Assembly (NCBI GenBank): GCA_963796685.1
Contig: CAWCMR010000025.1
Coordinates: forward strand, 1,024,001-1,088,000
Origin: an uncultured delta proteobacterium
Lineage (GTDB): Bacteria; Myxococcota_A; Polyangia; Fen-1088
DNA: 64,000 bases
Reading direction: 5' to 3'
Positions 8,954-17,840 of this stretch are shown here, piece after piece. How positions within the stretch are numbered: the first letter of the stretch is position 1; the number at the start of each line of letters is the position of its first letter. The position numbers and the translations under genes were made by a program. The notes under the pieces are model-generated. The model was not told the origin of the DNA. It did no database searches and saw only the letters and a program-made list of their open reading frames with translations.

Positions 8954-11900
8954 CTACCAGGTCGCGAAGGCGGTGTAGCTGGGCGTCCCGGCCGTCACCT
9001 GGATGCAGTAGCCGCCGTTCACCTTGGCGGGCAGAGCCCAATTGCTGCAGCTCATGGTCGTGTTATTGACTTTCAACGCACGACTTCCGATGTTGCTGCA
9101 GTTGCCGCCCATGAGGCTGGCCGTGGTCTGATGGCAGGTGGCGCCGGTGCCGAGATTCCCGGATTGGTAGCTCTGGCTCGTGAACACCACCGGATTGGAA
9201 CAGAGTCCGGCGCAAGGCGTGCTGCCGCCCGCCACCGTGACGCTGGCGGTTCCGCTCTTGCCGCTGCTCTGGGCGGTCACCGTGTAGGGACCGCCAGCGG
9301 TCGCGCCCGCGGTGAAAAGGCCGCCCGTGCTGATGCTCCCGCCGCCGCTCACGGTCCAGGTAAACGTTGGCTGGGTGGTCAGGTTCGTGGCGAACTGGTC
9401 GCGCGCCGTGACGGTGAACTGCTGGGTTGCCGAGGTGTTCACCGTCGCGCTCGACGGAGAGACCACGATGCTGGTCACCGTCTGGTTCACGGTGACCGCG
9501 ACCGAGCTGGTGACCGTCAGGCCGGGCTGATCCCTTACCGTGACCTGGAAGGCGTAGCTGCCGGCCTTGGTGAAGGTCGCCGTGGTGGCCTTGGCCGCGT
9601 TGGTGCCGTTGGCGCTGAAGGTGACCGCGGCCGGCGGCGTGCCGGTGGTGGCCCAGGTGTAGGTCAGGCTCGCCTCGCCGCCGTCGTCGGCGCCGAGCAC
9701 GGAGAGCGCGGCGCTGGTGCCGGTGACCGGGCTCGGATTCGAGGAAGCCGCGGTGGCGATGGTCGGTGCGGCGTTGGTCTGGGTCACGGTGACGCTTGCC
9801 GTACCGGTGATGCTGCCACTTTGAGCAGTCACCGTGTAGGGACCGCCGGCGCTCGCTCCGGCGGTGAACAGGCCGCTGCCGCTGATGCTGCCGCCGCCGC
9901 TGACCGTCCAGGTGAAGGTCGGCTGCGGTGACAGGCTGGTCGCGAACTGGTCGCGTGCCGTGGCGCTGAACTGCTGGGTTGCCGAGGTGTTGACCGAGGC
10001 GCTCGCCGGAGAGACCGCGATGCTGGTCAGGGTTTGATTGACGGTCACCGCCACGGTGCTGGTGGCGGACAGGCCGCCCTGGTCCCTGACCGTGACCTGG
10101 AAGGTGTAGTTGCCAGCCTTGGTGAAGGTGGCCGTGGTGGCCTTGGCCGCGTTGGTGCCATTGGCGCTGAACGCGACGGAGGCCGGCGGCGTGCCGGTGG
10201 TGGCCCAGGTATAGGTCAGGTTCGCCTCGCCGCCGTCATCGGCACCCAGGGCCGTGAGGGTGGTCGCGGAGCCGACGACCGGGCTGGGACTGGCGGCGGC
10301 CGGGGTCGCGATCGTCGGTGCGGCGTTGGGGATGGCCACCGAGACCGTCGCAGTGCCGGTGACGCCACCGCTCTGGGCGCTGACGGTGTAAGGACCGCCC
10401 GCGGAAGTGGCGCCCGTGAACAGACCGGTGGCGTCGATGGTGCCGCCGCCGCTCACGCTCCAAGCGAAGGACGGCTGGTTGGTAAAGTCCGCGGCGAACT
10501 GGTCATGCGCGGTGGCGACGAATTGCTGGGTTGCCAGGGGCTCGACGGTGGAGCTGGTAGGAACCACCACGATGCTGGTCAGCGTCTGAGCGACCGTGAC
10601 CGAGACGGTGCTGGTGGCGGTGAGCCCCGCCTGGTCGCTCACCGTCGCCTGCAGCGTGTAGTTGCCGGCCTTGCCGAAGGTCGCGGTGGTGCTCTTGGCC
10701 GCGTTGGTGCCGTTGGCGCTGAAGGTGACCGCAGCCGGAGGGGTGCCGACGGTGGCCCAGGTGTAGGTCAGGTTCGCCTCGCCGCCATCGTCGGCGCCGA
10801 GCACGGAAAGCGACGCGGTGGAGCCCGACACCGGATTGGGCGACGCAACCGCCGCTGTCACGACACTGGGCGGATTGTTGGGGGTCAAGGTGACGACCTC
10901 GATGCCCTCGATGGTGGCGTTGTCGGTGACGGTGGTGAAGGCGATCACGATCTGCCCCGAGGCGCTCGCAGTGGCAGTGAATTCGCGCACCACGGCCTTG
11001 TAGTTGCCGCCGGCCGCCGCGTAGATGTCGAAGCTCGACAGCGCCGTGGTGCCGTTGATCGCCACGTTGAAAACCCGCTTGCCCGTCGCGGTCTGGTACA
11101 GCTCGGCGAAGTGCAGACGGACCGTGTACTGACTGCCGGGGGTGAGGCCGGGCAGGGTATAGGTGCTGTTGCCATAGCGCTCGCTCTGGTACACGGCCAT
11201 GGGCGCCGGGCCCGTGACACCAGTGAGGCTGATGGTGTTGGTGACGGTGCGCTGGGTACCGCCGCTGGCGTACTGGTCGGCGGCAAAGGGCGAGGCGGCG
11301 CTGCTGCTGCCGGTGTCGATCTGGTAGACCGTGGTCGGCGTCGAGGACACCGTCACGCTGGCCGTGCCGCTGAAGTCACCACTGGTGGCAGTCACGGTGT
11401 AGGGACCGCCCGCGCTCGAGCCCGCCGTGAACAACCCGCTCGAATCGATGCTTCCGCCACCGCTCACGCTCCAGGCGAAGGCAGGTTGCGTGGCCAGGGT
11501 GGTGCCGAACTGATCGCGCGCGCTCGCGGTGAGCTGCTGAGTCGTGAAGGTGTTCACCGTGGCGCTGGACGGGGAAACCACGATGCTCGTGGGGGTCTGG
11601 TTCACGGTCACGGCAACCGAGCTGGTCGTGGTAAGGCCCGGCTGATCCGTCACGGTGACCTGGAAGGTATAGCTGCCCGCCTTGGCAAAGGTGGCCGTGG
11701 TGTTCTTGGCCGCGTTGGTGCCGTTGGCGCTGAAGGTGACCGCGGCCGGTGGCGAGCCGGTGGTAGCCCAGGTGTAGGTCAAGCCCGCTTCGCCAGCATC
11801 GTCGTCGCCGAGCACCGACAAAGCGGCGGTGTTGGCCGTGACGGGATTGGGGTCGGCGAAGGCCGCGGTGGCAATCGTCGGGGCGGCGTTGGGGATCACC

Positions 11901-14900
11901 ACCGAAACCGTCGCGGTCCCGCTGACGTCGCCACTCTGGGCGGTGACCGTGTAAGGGCCACCGGCGGTCGTCTGTGCCGTGAACAGCCCGTTGGCGTCGA
12001 GGGTGCCTCCGCCGTTCGCGGTCCAGGTGAAGCCCGGCTGGCTGGCCAGGGGCGTGGCGAACTGGTCGCGGGCCGTGGCCACGAACTGCTGGCTCGCCAA
12101 GGGCGCAAGCGTGGAGGTCGCGGGCGCGACCACGATGCTGGTCAGGGTTTGATCGACCGTGACCGCGACAGAGCTGGTGGTGGTGAGCCCCGCCTGGTCG
12201 CTCACGGTCGCCTGCAGCGTGTAGTTGCCGGCCTTGCTGAAGGTCGCAGTCGTGTTCTTGGCCGCATTGGTACCGTTCGCGGCGAAGGCGACCGCGGCCG
12301 GCGGGGTTCCGAGGGTGGCCCAGGTGTAGGTCAGGGTCGCTTCGCCTGCGTCGTCGTCGCCGAGCACGGACACCGACGTCGTGGCGCCCGACACCGGATT
12401 GGACGAGGTGGCCGCCGCCGTCACGATGGTGGGGGGATTCTTGGGGGCGGCGGCGACGATTTCGATGCCCTCGATGGTGGCGTTGTCGGTGACGGTGGTG
12501 AAGGCGATCACGATCTGGCCCGAGGTATTGGCGTTGGCGGTGAATTCGCGCACCACCGCCTTGTAGTTACCGCCGGCTGCCGCATAGATGTCGAAGCTCG
12601 ACAACACGGTGGTGCCGTTGATCGCCACGTTGAACACGCGTTTGCCGGTGGCGGTCTGGTACAGCTCGGCGAAGTGCAGGCGAACCGTGTACTGACCCCC
12701 GGGGGTGAGCCCAGGCAGGGTGTAGGTGCTGTTGCCGTAGCGCTCGGTCTGGTACACGGCCATGGGCGCCGGGTTAGTCACCCCGCTGGTCGTGATGGTG
12801 TTCGTGACGCTGCGCTGAGTGCCGCCGCTTCCGTACTGATCGGCTGCGAAGGGCGACACGGCGCTGCTGCTGCCGGTGTCGATCTGATAGACCGTGGTCA
12901 GGGTCGCGGACACCGTCACGCTGGCCGTGCCGCCGATGCCGCCGCTCGTGGCGGTGACGGTATAGGGTCCCCCCGCGGTGGTGCCGGCGGTGAAGAGTCC
13001 GCTGGCGCCGATGGTTCCGCCGCCGCTCACGCTCCACGTGAAGGTGGGTTGCGGCGCGAGCTGGGCGCCATTTTGATCGTAGGCTATGGCAGTGAGCTGC
13101 CGGGTCTGCCCGACGTTCACCGACGTGCTGGAGGGCGAGACCGTGATGGTGGTCAGAACCCCACCGACCTGGAAATTCGCGGCGATGTTCTTATTCCCGT
13201 TCATCGTCACGCTGAGCGGGTTCACGTTTCCGGCAGCGTCGCCGCTCCAGCCGGTAAAGACGTACCCCGGGCTCGGCACCGCGGTCAGCGTGACCACCAT
13301 GTTGGCGCTGTAGGACGTCTGGTCCGGACTCTTGGTCAGCGAGCCATTGGTCGCGGACGTGGTCAGCGTGTACATGGGGGTCGCATAGAGGCCGCCCGGC
13401 GGATCGACGTACGACATGCCGGTCTTGATCGGGTTGCTTTCGATGTCGCTGTCCGTCGCATTGTTCCAGATGAGCTTGTGGTCGACGGTGGTGGGATTGT
13501 TGTCCGCATCGTTCACGGCAACGTTGAGGCCCAGCTGCCGATACTCGGTGTAACCTGCGGCCAGAGGAGTCGGGCTCAGCGTGGGGCTACCGAAATTGCT
13601 CCAAGGGATCTTGGCTTCGATGATGTAGCCGTCGCTGGTGTCGACCTTGCTGATGACCGCGCCGGTGATCGCCTGGTTGTGCGAGAGCATGTAGGCCTGC
13701 GGCGTCGCCGAGTAGCTGATGGCCAGATGGTAATCGTATTGCGAACCGTAGGATGCGCTGCGCCCGGTGTTGTACTGCTCGGGGTAGGTGCTGAGATAGA
13801 GCTCGACACCGTCGCCATTGACAATCGCCGAGCCGGTGTTGGTGTTGGCCAGCTTGGTGTTGTCCTTCACGATCATCGCCAGGTAGAGGTTCTGGTTGTC
13901 GTACAGGGTCTGCGCGGTGACGCTGCTGTCCGCGGCTCCGCCCCAGCCCGAGCTGGACCCTTTCACCTGATAGCTGGCGTCGACCATCATCGGGTTGGCG
14001 TATCCCCATTCGCTCAGATCGCCATCGATGGTCATGGTCGCCGGGGCGGTCCGGATGACCGTCGTGGCACGGTAGGGGATCACGCCAGGCTCGATAGGCG
14101 CCTGAGGGGCGCCCGGGGTTGCCCGCACGAACGTGTGGATCGCCGAGGCGGCCGCCAAGGTGATGTTGCCGGTCGTGGTGATGTTGTTGAGGTCGATGAC
14201 GCCGATGTTTTCATTGGCGGCGAACACCAAGTGGGTGATGAGAGCGGGGGGAATGCCCATGATGGTGGCCGCCACGGCATCGACCGCGACCGGATCCTTG
14301 CTGGCCAGCACCAGGTTCATGGTGACGGCGGTACCACTCCCTGGTCCCTGGCCTTCCATGGCCTGGAGCGCGTCCATGATGGTCAAGTCCGGCACCCGGC
14401 ACGCGATGTGGTCCACGATCTCGGAGCGGATATCATGGTGCAGTCCGAACTTGGAGGTGCCGCCCGCGCCGAAGTTCCCTCCCGAGCTCCACACCGGCAA
14501 TGGGCCGGTTCCGATGCCCAGGTTCTTGACCGCACCGGTCATGCCGGCATGGTAGTGCGTCTTCATCTTGGGCATATCGATGTAGACATCCGCGTCGGTA
14601 ATGAGCGCCGGGATCTGCTCGGCAGCCCCCGTCCTGCTGTCCGCAAGCACGTAGGTATTGGTCGGATTTGCGGTGGTATCGTTGAAGTTCGCGAAGGTGA
14701 CTCCGCTGCCGAAGTTCGCGGCAGTGAATCCCTGAGCGGTCATGACGGCGATGGTGTCCACAGAGGCGCTGCCATCGGCAATGGTGATATTGGCTCCGCC
14801 ATTCGCCACCTTGATCAAATCCACGAGCGCTTTGACGACGTGCCAGTCGGTGACTGCGAGAGCCTTGCTCGTCACCATATTCGGCTTGATGAGCACGGTG

Positions 14901-15196
14901 TCGCCGTTATGGACGACGTTGGAGATGCCGCCCGGGCCGAGCGCAGCCGTGAGCGCCTGCGAAACCATCGAGCTGTAATTGAGGCTGTTGTCCTGGATGA
15001 TGGCAACCGTGGCCGGCGGCTGCGGCGAACGAGCCGGGACATTGATGGTCTGCCCGCCCGCGGCCTTGATGTGCGACTGAATGGCCAACGGATGTCGAGG
15101 ATCCACGGAGTCTGGCGTGCCTGGGCACCCGTACGCGAACAGTATCGCCCCCGCCATACCCCAGAAGGCTGCAACTCTCGTTCGGCTCATTTTCAT
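8954..15196 (-). CDS. Large exported protein: DUF362 + CBM9-like + InlB-B-repeat + Ig-like repeats + 2 malectin domains + Cys-rich C-terminal domain
   Basis: Signal/lipobox 'LFAYGC'; DUF362 motifs 'VLIKPN', 'MPKMKTH', 'GAVKNL', 'MEGQGP', 'SKDPVAVD'; CBM9 'IDGDLSEW..DGVELY..GYIIEAKIPW'; malectin 'YTVRLHFAE..GKRVFNVAING' twice. Confidence 0.85.
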   Translation of the reverse strand: MKMSRTRVAAFWGMAGAILFAYGCPGTPDSVDPRHPLAIQSHIKAAGGQTINVPARSPQPPATVAIIQDNSLNYSSMVSQALTAALGPGGISNVVHNGDTVLIKPNMVTSKALAVTDWHVVKALVDLIKVANGGANITIADGSASVDTIAVMTAQGFTAANFGSGVTFANFNDTTANPTNTYVLADSRTGAAEQIPALITDADVYIDMPKMKTHYHAGMTGAVKNLGIGTGPLPVWSSGGNFGAGGTSKFGLHHDIRSEIVDHIACRVPDLTIMDALQAMEGQGPGSGTAVTMNLVLASKDPVAVDAVAATIMGIPPALITHLVFAANENIGVIDLNNITTTGNITLAAASAIHTFVRATPGAPQAPIEPGVIPYRATTVIRTAPATMTIDGDLSEWGYANPMMVDASYQVKGSSSGWGGAADSSVTAQTLYDNQNLYLAMIVKDNTKLANTNTGSAIVNGDGVELYLSTYPEQYNTGRSASYGSQYDYHLAISYSATPQAYMLSHNQAITGAVISKVDTSDGYIIEAKIPWSNFGSPTLSPTPLAAGYTEYRQLGLNVAVNDADNNPTTVDHKLIWNNATDSDIESNPIKTGMSYVDPPGGLYATPMYTLTTSATNGSLTKSPDQTSYSANMVVTLTAVPSPGYVFTGWSGDAAGNVNPLSVTMNGNKNIAANFQVGGVLTTITVSPSSTSVNVGQTRQLTAIAYDQNGAQLAPQPTFTWSVSGGGTIGASGLFTAGTTAGGPYTVTATSGGIGGTASVTVSATLTTVYQIDTGSSSAVSPFAADQYGSGGTQRSVTNTITTSGVTNPAPMAVYQTERYGNSTYTLPGLTPGGQYTVRLHFAELYQTATGKRVFNVAINGTTVLSSFDIYAAAGGNYKAVVREFTANANTSGQIVIAFTTVTDNATIEGIEIVAAAPKNPPTIVTAAATSSNPVSGATTSVSVLGDDDAGEATLTYTWATLGTPPAAVAFAANGTNAAKNTTATFSKAGNYTLQATVSDQAGLTTTSSVAVTVDQTLTSIVVAPATSTLAPLASQQFVATARDQFATPLASQPGFTWTANGGGTLDANGLFTAQTTAGGPYTVTAQSGDVSGTATVSVVIPNAAPTIATAAFADPNPVTANTAALSVLGDDDAGEAGLTYTWATTGSPPAAVTFSANGTNAAKNTTATFAKAGSYTFQVTVTDQPGLTTTSSVAVTVNQTPTSIVVSPSSATVNTFTTQQLTASARDQFGTTLATQPAFAWSVSGGGSIDSSGLFTAGSSAGGPYTVTATSGDFSGTASVTVSSTPTTVYQIDTGSSSAASPFAADQYASGGTQRTVTNTISLTGVTGPAPMAVYQSERYGNSTYTLPGLTPGSQYTVRLHFAELYQTATGKRVFNVAINGTTALSSFDIYAAAGGNYKAVVREFTATASASGQIVIAFTTVTDNATIEGIEVVTLTPNNPPSVVTAAVASPNPVSGSTASLSVLGADDGGEANLTYTWATVGTPPAAVTFSANGTNAAKSTTATFGKAGNYTLQATVSDQAGLTATSTVSVTVAQTLTSIVVVPTSSTVEPLATQQFVATAHDQFAADFTNQPSFAWSVSGGGTIDATGLFTGATSAGGPYTVSAQSGGVTGTATVSVAIPNAAPTIATPAAASPSPVVGSATTLTALGADDGGEANLTYTWATTGTPPASVAFSANGTNAAKATTATFTKAGNYTFQVTVRDQGGLSATSTVAVTVNQTLTSIAVSPASASVNTSATQQFSATARDQFATSLSPQPTFTWTVSGGGSISGSGLFTAGASAGGPYTVTAQSGSITGTASVTVTQTNAAPTIATAASSNPSPVTGTSAALSVLGADDGGEASLTYTWATTGTPPAAVTFSANGTNAAKATTATFTKAGSYAFQVTVRDQPGLTVTSSVAVTVNQTVTSIVVSPSSATVNTSATQQFTVTARDQFATNLTTQPTFTWTVSGGGSISTGGLFTAGATAGGPYTVTAQSSGKSGTASVTVAGGSTPCAGLCSNPVVFTSQSYQSGNLGTGATCHQTTASLMGGNCSNIGSRALKVNNTTMSCSNWALPAKVNGGYCIQVTAGTPSYTAFATW

Positions 15197-15296
15197 TTTC
15201 TTCTTCTCCAGTTTAGGTTTACGGCGGGATGGTAGAGCATTCTTCGCCGGGCACAAGCATGAAGGTATTTCAGTACCTTAATCCAGAGCCGGATGC

Positions 15297-15425
15297 CAAC
15301 CACAGAGGACAAAGGGGAACACAGAGACGGATGAGAGATGAAGGGTTCGGAGCGAGATCCGGAGAACCCTTCATTCTCCGGACCTCCGTGTCCCGTGCGT
15401 TTTCTGTTGTGGATCTCTGTTGTGG
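15297..15425. repeat. Long imperfect intergenic hairpin (CACAGAG...CTCTGT type)
   Basis: CCACAGAGGACAAAGGGGAACACAGAG can pair with CTCCGTGTCCC..TTTCTGTTGTGG; inner stem GAAGGGTTC/GAACCCTTC. Confidence 0.5.
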
Positions 15426-15538
15426 AAAAGAGGCTTGTGCGCGCTCTGCATGGATAAAGTTGAGGTGCGGCGGCCTGCAGATATACCGCAATGAGCCATG
15501 ACTTGAGCCGCCTTCAAGGCTGATGGACACTACCCACC

Positions 15539-17056
15539 ATGAATCGCTATCCAAATCCCCTTCTGGCCATCGCGTCGATCGCACTGGGACTGCTCGTGAC
15601 CGTACCAGCCCGCGCGGCGGCGCTGACCCAGGTCACGCCCACCTCCACCTGGTCAGGCGGTGTGACCGTGCCGAGCTACATCCAGATGTGGATCTATGTC
15701 CCGACGGCGGTAGCGGCCAAGCCGCCCATCGTGGTTTCTGCCCACTCGTGCGGGTCGACTGCGAGCGGACAAATGGGCAACATCACGCATTTCCAGGCAG
15801 CGGCGGACAAGCTTGGCTTCATCCTCGTCCTCCCGGACAACCCTGGGCAAAACTGCTGGGACGTAGGGTCGAGCCAAGCCCTCACGCACAACGGTGGAAG
15901 CGACACGCAGGCCGTCGCCCAGATGGTGAAGTACGCGCTGACCAAGTACAACGGCGATGCCTCCCGGGTCTACATCTTTGGCGGCTCGTCAGGGGGCATC
16001 CTGACGCAAGGCATGCTCGCGGTGTACCCAGACATCTTCAGGGCCGGCTCGGCGAGAGCGGGGGTTCCGGCTGGATGCTGGGCCGTGCAGTACGATCAGG
16101 GCGGCACCGCCCAGTGGAGCGCGCCGTGCGCGAGCGGACAAGTAACGCATACCGCCCAAGAATGGGGCGACTTGGTTCGCGCCATGTATCCCGACTACAC
16201 CGGGCACCGGCCGCGGGTTCAGCTCATCCAGGGCGGGGCGGATACGACGATTGCCTCCGCGAACATGCCTGAGGCAATCAAGGAATGGACGAACGTCCTC
16301 GGGTTGAGCACCACCCCGACTTCGAGCGACAAGGGGTACAAGGGCCAAGTCGCCTCGTACGACCGCCAGTTCTGGAGCAACGCCTGCGGCTATACGGTTC
16401 TCGAGTCCTGGGTGGCGCCAGGCCAGAACCACTCCATGGGGTACGAGGAAGACGCCATGTTGAAGTTCTTCGGCCTCGATACGGCCACCACCTCGGATCC
16501 GGAGCCGGATTGTTCGGGCGACGGTGGCGTCGCCGCCACAGGCGGCGCGAGCGGCACGGGCGGAACGACCGGGGCCGGCGGCGCCAGCGGGGCCAAGGAC
16601 GGCGGGCCCGGCGGAAAGGACGGCGGGAACGAGGTGGCACCCCCTGGCAGCGGTGGCGCGCAGGGCAGCGGTGGCAGCGCGGGCAGTGGCGGCAGCCTTG
16701 GAAGCGGTGGCACCAGCGCCAAAGGCGGCACCAGCGGCAGTGGTGGTGCGGTCGGAAGTGGCGGCTCGGGCAGCGGTGGCACGACCGCAAGCGGTGGCAA
16801 CGTGGGAAGCGGCGGCACCTCCGCCAAGGGCGGCAACGGCGGCGAGAGCGCTGGGGGAACGCAGGGCAACGGTGGGTCCTCCGCACAAGGCGGAAGCTCC
16901 GGCACCGGTGGTTCGACGACTGCGGGTGGCACCTCCTCCAGTGGGTGCGGCTGTGTCCTCGGCAACCATGCCAGGGGCCCGGCTTCCCATCTGACGGTAT
17001 TGCTAGTCGCCGCTCTTGGGCTCATTTTCCGTCGCCAGCGACGAACGCGCCGCTGA
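15539..17056 (+). CDS. PHB-depolymerase-family (CE1 acetylxylan-esterase-like) esterase with Gly-rich linker and MYXO-CTERM
   Basis: Signal peptide; 'NCWDV', nucleophile 'GGSSGG', 'YPDIFRAGS', 'IKEWTNVLG'; C-terminal 'SGCGC...LLVAALGLIFRRQRR'. Confidence 0.85.
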   Translation: MNRYPNPLLAIASIALGLLVTVPARAAALTQVTPTSTWSGGVTVPSYIQMWIYVPTAVAAKPPIVVSAHSCGSTASGQMGNITHFQAAADKLGFILVLPDNPGQNCWDVGSSQALTHNGGSDTQAVAQMVKYALTKYNGDASRVYIFGGSSGGILTQGMLAVYPDIFRAGSARAGVPAGCWAVQYDQGGTAQWSAPCASGQVTHTAQEWGDLVRAMYPDYTGHRPRVQLIQGGADTTIASANMPEAIKEWTNVLGLSTTPTSSDKGYKGQVASYDRQFWSNACGYTVLESWVAPGQNHSMGYEEDAMLKFFGLDTATTSDPEPDCSGDGGVAATGGASGTGGTTGAGGASGAKDGGPGGKDGGNEVAPPGSGGAQGSGGSAGSGGSLGSGGTSAKGGTSGSGGAVGSGGSGSGGTTASGGNVGSGGTSAKGGNGGESAGGTQGNGGSSAQGGSSGTGGSTTAGGTSSSGCGCVLGNHARGPASHLTVLLVAALGLIFRRQRRTRR

Positions 17057-17106
17057 CGGCCAGTCCGTGGCCTTGGTTTGCGCGAAGACCGAGGCCGCGC
17101 GCGGCC

Positions 17107-17406
17107 CTATTTCACCCGGGACAGGATCTCCATCGAGTCCTGTCTCGAGCTGCCGCTCTCCCGGACCACGAGCTTGTAGAACTCGCAATCCATGCAGTTG
17201 GCCAGCTTCGACGAGTAGGTGCCTTGCACCTTGCCGCCGCAGAACGTGCCGGCAATGACCCAGCAGCATCGCCCCCCGTTCTTGCCCCCATGGATGCCGT
17301 TCACACTGCCCGTCGTGCTCGCGGGACAGATCCCAAGCTCCTTGACCTTTGCCCCGTTGGGCTCGCGTCCACACTTCTTGTGTTCCCAACAATTCGTAGT
17401 CTTCAT
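17107..17406 (-). CDS. Two-CW domain protein (small Cys-rich)
   Basis: 'NCWEHKKCGRE..CPA..HGGKNGGRCCWVIAGTFCGGKVQG..CMDCEFY'; GGAGG RBS. Confidence 0.8.
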   Translation of the reverse strand: MKTTNCWEHKKCGREPNGAKVKELGICPASTTGSVNGIHGGKNGGRCCWVIAGTFCGGKVQGTYSSKLANCMDCEFYKLVVRESGSSRQDSMEILSRVK

Positions 17407-17505
17407 CCCTGCCTCCCTGTCATTCATCGGAAGGCGAGACACAAAGCTGGAGCGGAACGGACACCCAAGGCGGCCATGGGATGCCGGATCGGTTATGGTT
17501 CGTGT

Positions 17506-17826
17506 ATGGCTACAAAGTCTCAGACATTCCGCGCACAGCAACAGCGCAATGCAAAGCCGCCCAGGGCCAAACAGCCATCTCGACCTCCAAGAGATACACC
17601 CGTCGACATGGCACTGCCGGGCGTCAGCGCCAGCGATCGGAAAGCAGGCGGCGCGCGAAACAAATCCACCAAGGCGCAGAGAAAGGGCGGCGCAAAGCTG
17701 GAAACCTCGGCGACAGGCAAGCCGTCACGCAAGTCCACCCGCAAGAGCGTCGGCCGAATCAAACGAACGTCCAACCTACGACTGAGGGCCATCCGCAAGG
17801 CGACGGCACCCAAGACCAGGGGGTAG
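17506..17826 (+). CDS. Small highly basic hypothetical protein
   Basis: MATKSQTFRAQQQR...ATGKPSRKSTRKS; Lys/Arg-rich; fills the gap between convergent genes. Confidence 0.6.
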   Translation: MATKSQTFRAQQQRNAKPPRAKQPSRPPRDTPVDMALPGVSASDRKAGGARNKSTKAQRKGGAKLETSATGKPSRKSTRKSVGRIKRTSNLRLRAIRKATAPKTRG

Positions 17827-17840
17827 CGGGCGGCCGGTCG

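Noticed and set aside
10034-15235. 1733-aa plus-strand ORF (also 230-3916, 20026-22329 and similar)
   Set aside because: Antisense shadows of high-GC genes with no recognisable motifs
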